From Macrostomum lignano (Eukaryota): 64,000 nt of DNA. The translations under genes were made by a program, and so were the position numbers. The stretch is from positions 1 to 64,000 of the forward strand of contig NIVC01001162.1 of NCBI GenBank assembly GCA_002269645.1, read 5' to 3'. The notes beneath the pieces are model-generated. The model was not told the DNA's origin, searched no databases, and saw nothing but the letters and a program-made list of their open reading frames with translations. This document shows, in pieces, positions 58,101 through 64,000 of this stretch. The stretch's first letter is position 1, and each line of letters begins with the position of its first letter.

Positions 58101-59795
58101 AGAGTGCTATTTCCTAGATGAAAGAGAGATTTCCCAGTGAAGGGAGAGATTTCCTAGCAGAGTGTCTGAGAGAGAGATTCCCTAGGAGAGAGTGAGATTT
58201 CCTAGTGGAAGGAGAAATTTCCTGTGAGAATGAGATTCCCTAGGGGATAGTGAGATTTTCTAAGTGAGAGTGATCTTTCTTAGTGGAGAGAGAGATTTCC
58301 TAGGGGAGAGAAACTTCCTTGTATCTAAAAATTATGCATTTTAGCATGAGGAGTTACAGTTTAAGAGAGATTTCCTAGGTAAGAGTGGGATTTCCTATGT
58401 TAGGGTTTCCCCAAGTGAGAGTGGAATTTCCTATGTTAGGGTTCCCTCAGGTGAGAGTGGGATTTCCTATGTTAGGGTTTCCCCAGGTGAGAGTGGGATT
58501 TCTTATGTTAGGGTTTCCCCAGGTGAGAGTGGGATTTCCTATGTTAGGGTTCCCTCAGGTGAGAGTGGGATTTCCTATGTTAGGGTTCCCTCAGGTGAGA
58601 GTGGGATTTCCTATGTTAGGGTTCCCTCAGTGAGAGTGGATTTCCTATGTTAGGGTTCCCTCAGGTGAGAGTGGGATTTCCTATGTTAGGGTTCCCTCAG
58701 GTGAGAGTGGGATTTCCTATGTTAGGGTTCCCTCAGGTGAGAGTGGGATTTCCTATGTTAGGGTTCCCTCAGGTGAGAGTGGGATTTCCTATGTTAGGGT
58801 TCCCTCAGGTGAGAGTGGATTTCCTATGTTAGGGTTCCCTCAGGTGAGAGTGGGATTTCCTATGTTAGGGTTCCCTCGGGTGAGAGTGGGATTTCCTATG
58901 TTAGGGTTTCGCCAGGTGAGAGTGGGATTTCCTATGTTAGGATTCCCTAGGGTGAGCGTGGGATTTCCTATGTTAGGGTTTCCCCAGGTGAGAGTGGGAT
59001 TTCCTATGTTAGGGTTCCCCAGGTGAGAGTGGGATTTCCTATGTTAGGGTTCCTCGGTGAGAGTGGGATTTCCTATGTTAGGGTTTCCTCGGGTGAGAGT
59101 GGGATTTCCTATGTTAGGGTTTCCTCGGGTGAGAGTGGGATTTCCTATGTTAGGGTTCCCTCAGGTGAGAGTGGGATTTCCTATGTTAGGGTTTCCCAGG
59201 TGAGAGTGGGATTTCCTGTTAGGGTTCCCTCAGGTGAGAGTGGGATTTCCTATGTTAGGGTTCCCCAGGTAAGAGTTGGATTACCTATCTTAATCTTTCC
59301 TTGGTGAGATTTTCAAGCCTAAAAATCCCAATTTGATAACTAAGCTGGAAACACAAATAAGTATCCCACCTGTCCTACTGAAAACCGCAGGTGAGCATCT
59401 CCCTGCGCCCAGTGGAGGAGCTGCGCTGTCCGGACCGGGCGGAGCGGCTGGCTGGCGACCAGCTTGGCAGCCGGGTGCCCGAGGACAGCCCCCGCTATCA
59501 CCTGTTCCGCTATCGGCACCGGCACGAGGGCGCGAGCCTGGCCCCGGTGCTGTTCGCCTACTCAATGCCCGGCTACAAGTGCCCGATTAAGGAGCGCATG
59601 GTGTACTCTAGCGGCAGGGCGTTCTTTCTACAGCAATGCTCGCAGTTTGGCATCGAGCCAGATCGCCGGCTAGAGGTGGACAGCGCCAGTGAGCTATCCG
59701 AGTCCGCTTTGCAAACGGAATTCCACCCGCCGCAGGTGGACTCCGGCCAGAAGTTTGGCAAGCCGAAACCGCCGGGTCGTCGCGGCGGAAAGTAG
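52180..59795 (+). CDS. TWF: Twinfilin (two ADF-H domains); exons 52180-52204, 57296-57891 and 59391-59795
   Basis: MAHQTGIR G|GNDEL...KMLYSATAATVKRAFGG...APPPLTQAEEE...QTLAGVGF...DYVQ|VSI...PRYHLF...YSMPGYKCPIKERMVYSS...FGKPKPPG. Phases are consistent. Confidence 0.93.
52699..53259. mobile_element. MITE (CCATAGTCAGGAAGGTGGC TIR family) with exact 8-bp TSD GATAAGAG
   Basis: TIRs and TSD read directly. Further family ends lie at 31861 and 53533. Confidence 0.9.
53270..55253 (+). mobile_element. Decayed Merlin (IS1595/ISXO2-like) DNA transposon with TIRs of about 115 bp; transposase pseudogene at about 54205-55075
   Basis: WAC..C...SIWKGSFF; GGPGRDVEIDKS; RK*HQG; TDG*QAY; VNH; TN.IKGT*. Inverted repeats at about 53273-53387 and 55141-55253. 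Confidence 0.82.
57955..59290. repeat. Minisatellite in twinfilin intron 2: degenerate 20-bp units grading into a 36-bp unit
   Basis: GAGAGTGGGATTTCCTATGTTAGGGTTCCCTCAGGT units from about 58385. Confidence 0.97.
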
Positions 59796-62700
59796 CCGGT
59801 TAATGTGTTAATACGAACTGTGTAGATGGGTTGCTGTCTAATTGCTAGTTTAGTCTTCGTATTTCATTTTATTATGGAAATTAAAGTTAAACTAAGTGTA
59901 CGTTTTATTGATGATGTGCTAGGGTTGGCTACTCGCAAGTAGTCACAGTTGGACAGGCTCCAGGTATTGAAGCAGAAAATTGCTTAAGCATATGTTCGTA
60001 AGCACAGTAAAACAAGACCGATGATCTACGATTGTGTAAGCCAGGAAATTTTTCTTGCTTTATTCAATGGTCACTAGGCTAGTCCAAGAAAATAACATCC
60101 ATATAAAATACTTCATGATTGATGAATTAAAATGACAGCTAATATAATTATATCTAGCATTGTCCTTAAACCATACATTGAAAACTACAGAATGTGGCAC
60201 ATTTTATTATAATGAGCGTATGTTAAATACTCTACTTATAGTAAAAAATTAGAAAAATACTGAAAATAATAAAAAACAAGGCAAATGTTTGTAGCATTAG
60301 CAGTATACTGTATACTCTACTGCTAGTAGAATATTTGCTTTTTATAGTTGATATCGTCACGACACAAGTATCAGAGCCTAGCTTAAACCGTAATAATAGC
60401 TTTCTAATTTAAATTTGTTAATAAATTGTCTCGCGGCCAAAGCCCACCTTCCAGATTCTAATTATATTTTGCTCTGCCCGATGCTTTTCTGTTGTTTTTA
60501 GTTGCGTTTTGTTAAATCAAATCTATTTAATCTAGGCGATAAATTATTTCAGAGCAACTTGAGCGAGTTGGATGACGTTTTGTACGATAATTTTTAATAT
60601 GTTATTATGCAAAAAGCTTTTGATTTCTAACTTAACTGTTATTGGTAATATTTGTCTTTTTAGCTATTCCAGAAAATCGGGCACTGCAGAGTGCAGTTTT
60701 CCGTGCTGGCTTGCGACGCCTAATATTTAATTTTTGTTCATATTAAAACAATCCTTTTGTTTTCATTTATTCTTGATTTTCCTACAGTTAGCAAGTTTTC
60801 TGCTAAATCAATGCTAATTGCCTTCTCACACTACTTAATTATAAAATTATAGTTATTTGCGCTTCTTCGCACGCTATTATTAATTGCGGCCACTGTGGCG
60901 CACATGCATGATTCTTTTGCTTAACACAAATGATAGATCTATATAAAATTCGACTTCCTGCAAACAATTCCCCTGTTCGCTCTGCATACATGTATCCAAT
61001 TACTGCCTGGTTTACTGCCATTCCTTGGCTGTGTGTAGCTCGTAGTTTTGGCGTGTATTCTAGAACATATTGTATTGTTGACACTAATTGTTTGGGGCTT
61101 TATTACGAGTACTATCAAAAATATTATTAAGCTCATCATTAAAATAAAAAATCGTTAGATCTTTTAGTCTTTCGTTCTTTCTCAGATCTCTCCTTCCTGT
61201 TCCTTCCTTCCTTAAAGCTTAGCTTAACTGTAAAATTGAATATCGGTAGATTTATAGCTATAGCTGTATAATGTTCAGTCGGCTGGCTTATACCTGTATG
61301 TATCCGATTTAGCATGTGTTTTGCGCATATAACGAGAGACATTACGTCAGAATTGTGTGTAGAAGTTATGACTGCTGTACAGTGGATTTATTTTGCTTGG
61401 TGGATTACGAAAGGGGATTGCACTTTCTTGGAATTATTACGTTAGTAGCCAATATCAAATTACTAATCGTATATGTTCTGCTTAGAATCTCGATATCCAA
61501 CTTTACTCTAATGGTTCGTTTTAATTCGTTAAAATACGCATTTCCAACCACTATCCCAGGATTGAATTATCGGAATTGTAAAAATGTGTACATGTAGGGT
61601 TCAGGCTTCGTTTTGATTAAGTACATTGCGAATATAAATGGGCATGTACTAATTTGCGAGCTGTTAATGTGCTTTCAGTCACTAAATCTAAATATACTAA
61701 ATCTCTAATATTTGTATGCTTGTCCATAACGCTATAGTTTTATACTAAACTCGTACTGTACGTCCGTGGCGCAGTCAGGATTTTTTTGGGCGGGGGTTTA
61801 GGAATAGGAGTGAGAAAAAGATAGTAAGTGTTTTTAAATTCACTTGTACAGTGCACTACAAACTACAGTATGCTTTTCTACATGTAGGTTTCAGGGGCTG
61901 CGCTTCTGTCGAATTTGCGCCTCCTTGCTTAACAAGAGGCCGAGAAAGCTGCTGCAACGTTATATCTACATACGTATTAGGAAAGAATTAGCCCCAGCTC
62001 TGCAGGATCTTTACTGTGCCCGTAGCTGGAATCCTCTTTGATGCAATGGTACACAGATACCCGCTTCTACTGTTTAAATAAATTACATCTGACCAAATTT
62101 ATTTTTAACTAAGCCCAAAATTAATTAGAAAATGTACCCGTATGTACAAAGCTATTCTACAAAAGGAGAAAAAATAGACGTAATAAAACAAATAACAACA
62201 ATTATATTTAGCTGCATGTATGAACTGCAACAAATTGCAGAAACAAAACGAATTGCAGAAAAGTTCATGTTAGTTTTTAGTTATTGAAGACTGTCATAGT
62301 TACTTAATTTTATAGTTTTTTTAGTTTATTTTCCGTTTTGCAAAAAATTGGAATCGGCAATCGGGCAGGTCTGCTATGTCTTCAGTCTCAGGCTTAAGTT
62401 CAAAGATGCAAGCAACTTATGTAAAATATAACTTTATTGGCTAATTATTTAGATAAGACAGTAAGAGAGAAATGGCAAGTCAAATGCGTAGCCCCATTTC
62501 TAGACTCTATAAAATATCTATAGGCCTTGTACTTTGTAGTTGTATTAAATATATTATAATATTTATATAAATTGGTAACAAACAATAAAGATATGTACAT
62601 TTTAAGTGTAACAAAAAGGCCTATTGTATATATATCACATATGTTTAAGTATGTTAGCCTAGTCACTTTGAAAAAATCTAGAGAAGTTCTAATATGATAC

Positions 62701-62887
62701 AAATAAAAATATGATTGTTTTTAAAGCATTTAAACTTGAAGACAAAATGTTGACAACTAATTATGAATTGTGAATGTGGCCTATGAATTTATGATATAAA
62801 TGAAAGTAAAGTTTTTTCCATCAGAATTGGTGTGCCAATATGTGATTTAGCACCTTGGATCTGGGTCTAAAACCACAATGCCAAGTT

Positions 62888-63556
62888 CAGGGGCATACCG
62901 CATAGGAAGCCCAAGGAAGGGGGGGGTAAAAGGGATATGATATATCCCCCCTGAATGAAGAGCCTAACCAAAACTTTTTTGTTGCCCTTTATTGCTATAC
63001 ATGCTACCATGTAACTCTGTCATAGCACTTTTACCTTAGTGTATCTCCCCCCATAGAAAATTCACCTTGGTGTATTTCCCTGTAAGAAATTCTGGCAATC
63101 TTTTAGTTTCGCACATTTAATTATTATAAAGCATTTTTAATTATTTTCAGCAAAGCAGGTATTTGCATTATCACCGATCAGTGGCAGGCATACAATCAAC
63201 TGCCCAATCATTTGATGGTGAACCACCGGCTGCACAACTTTGTGGACCCTAACCACCCAGAAGTCTGTACGAACGCAGTGGAGGGCACATGGGCCCACGC
63301 TAAGGCCCATTTCAGGGCCATGCATGGCATGTCCAAAGCCCTGTTTGACTCCCACTTGGACGAATTTCTCTGGCATCGCTGCCACCCGCGCAACACCTTT
63401 GGGAACATCCTTTTCTGGGTGGCGCACTATTATGCCGTCTGAGGCATAAAACATAAAACAAAACTGTCATTAACTGTCGTTTTAAAAACAAATTAAACGA
63501 ATTAAATGTGTGAAACCAAATGATTGCCGAAATTCTTGGCTAGGTCTATGCCCCAG
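62888..63556. mobile_element. Possible hAT MITE hosting the Merlin derivative
   Basis: Ends CAGGGGCATAC and CTATGCCCCAG. The putative TSD GCCAAGTT/GGTAAGTT has 2 mismatches. Confidence 0.35.
63094..63528 (+). mobile_element. Internally deleted Merlin element, 435 bp, GG-starting TIR, exact 8-bp TSD GAAATTCT
   Basis: GGCAATCTTTTAGTTTCGCACATTTAATT pairs with the inverted AATTAAATGTGTGAAACCAAATGATTGCC. It carries the transposase C-terminus TDQWQAY...VNH...TNAVEGTW...HLDEFLW. Confidence 0.9.
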
Positions 63557-64000
63557 GGTAAGTTGAAATCCAAAATTTTAGGTAGGCCTAGCATTAATAA
63601 AAAAGTTCAAAATTAAGAAAATCTTTATCTTTAACAATATAGTTTAACTTGCCCTTTCCCACATTGCTCTAATTTTACTTGAGCCTTTGATCTAGTCCTA
63701 AGTCCTAAATTACTAATGTACTATATGGCTAGGCCTAGGCCTATTCTATTAAATTCTATTTCATTTCAATCAACTATTAGATAATTTAATGTTATACTAT
63801 TACAAGCTTTATTGGGTAATTCCATGAAAGGACAAAAGTCCTATCATATGCCTATTTTTAAAACTTTAAGCATTTATAACTCTTGAACCATAATGGCAAT
63901 TCCATATAATTATAGTCATAACATGACAGACTATTTTTACTTATAAAATGATATCTAATCACAGAATAGGCCTATACTAAACCAATATTTTGAATAAAAA

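Noticed and set aside
58385-59290. Interstitial telomeric repeat
   Set aside because: Only one TTAGGG per 36-bp unit, never in tandem.
60660-60740. Extra twinfilin 3' exon (RAGLRRLI resembles vertebrate KRGIRRLI)
   Set aside because: Exon 3 already ends at a stop after the conserved KPK.P motif and has no convincing donor; likely a chance match.

Overview
Animal genomic DNA, most likely a Macrostomum-type flatworm; this is inferred from a spliced-leader (SL) exon ending in ATG that closely resembles the M. lignano SL as I recall it. Seven protein-coding loci were reconstructed by hand: EMC6 (-), the 3' half of a PPM1H/J-like phosphatase (-), TSG101 (+), G3BP (-), a glyoxylate-reductase-like 2-hydroxyacid dehydrogenase (+), a C2H2 zinc-finger gene (+) and twinfilin (+). 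The most striking element is at 2.1-4.0 kb: two SL RNA genes flank a 5S rRNA gene in about 1.3 units of an SL-5S repeat. A LINE remnant lies upstream of this cassette and a retroelement-like 5' end with an HDV-ribozyme-like fold lies downstream. Other notable patterns are multi-kb CpG-depleted, AT-rich domains over gene 5' regions, two GC-AG introns, a different minisatellite in most introns (one is an array of AG|GT splice-like sites), and many MITE, Merlin, Harbinger, LINE and SINE remnants, several with exact target-site duplications (TSDs). All homology calls come from recognising motifs by eye; no searches were run.
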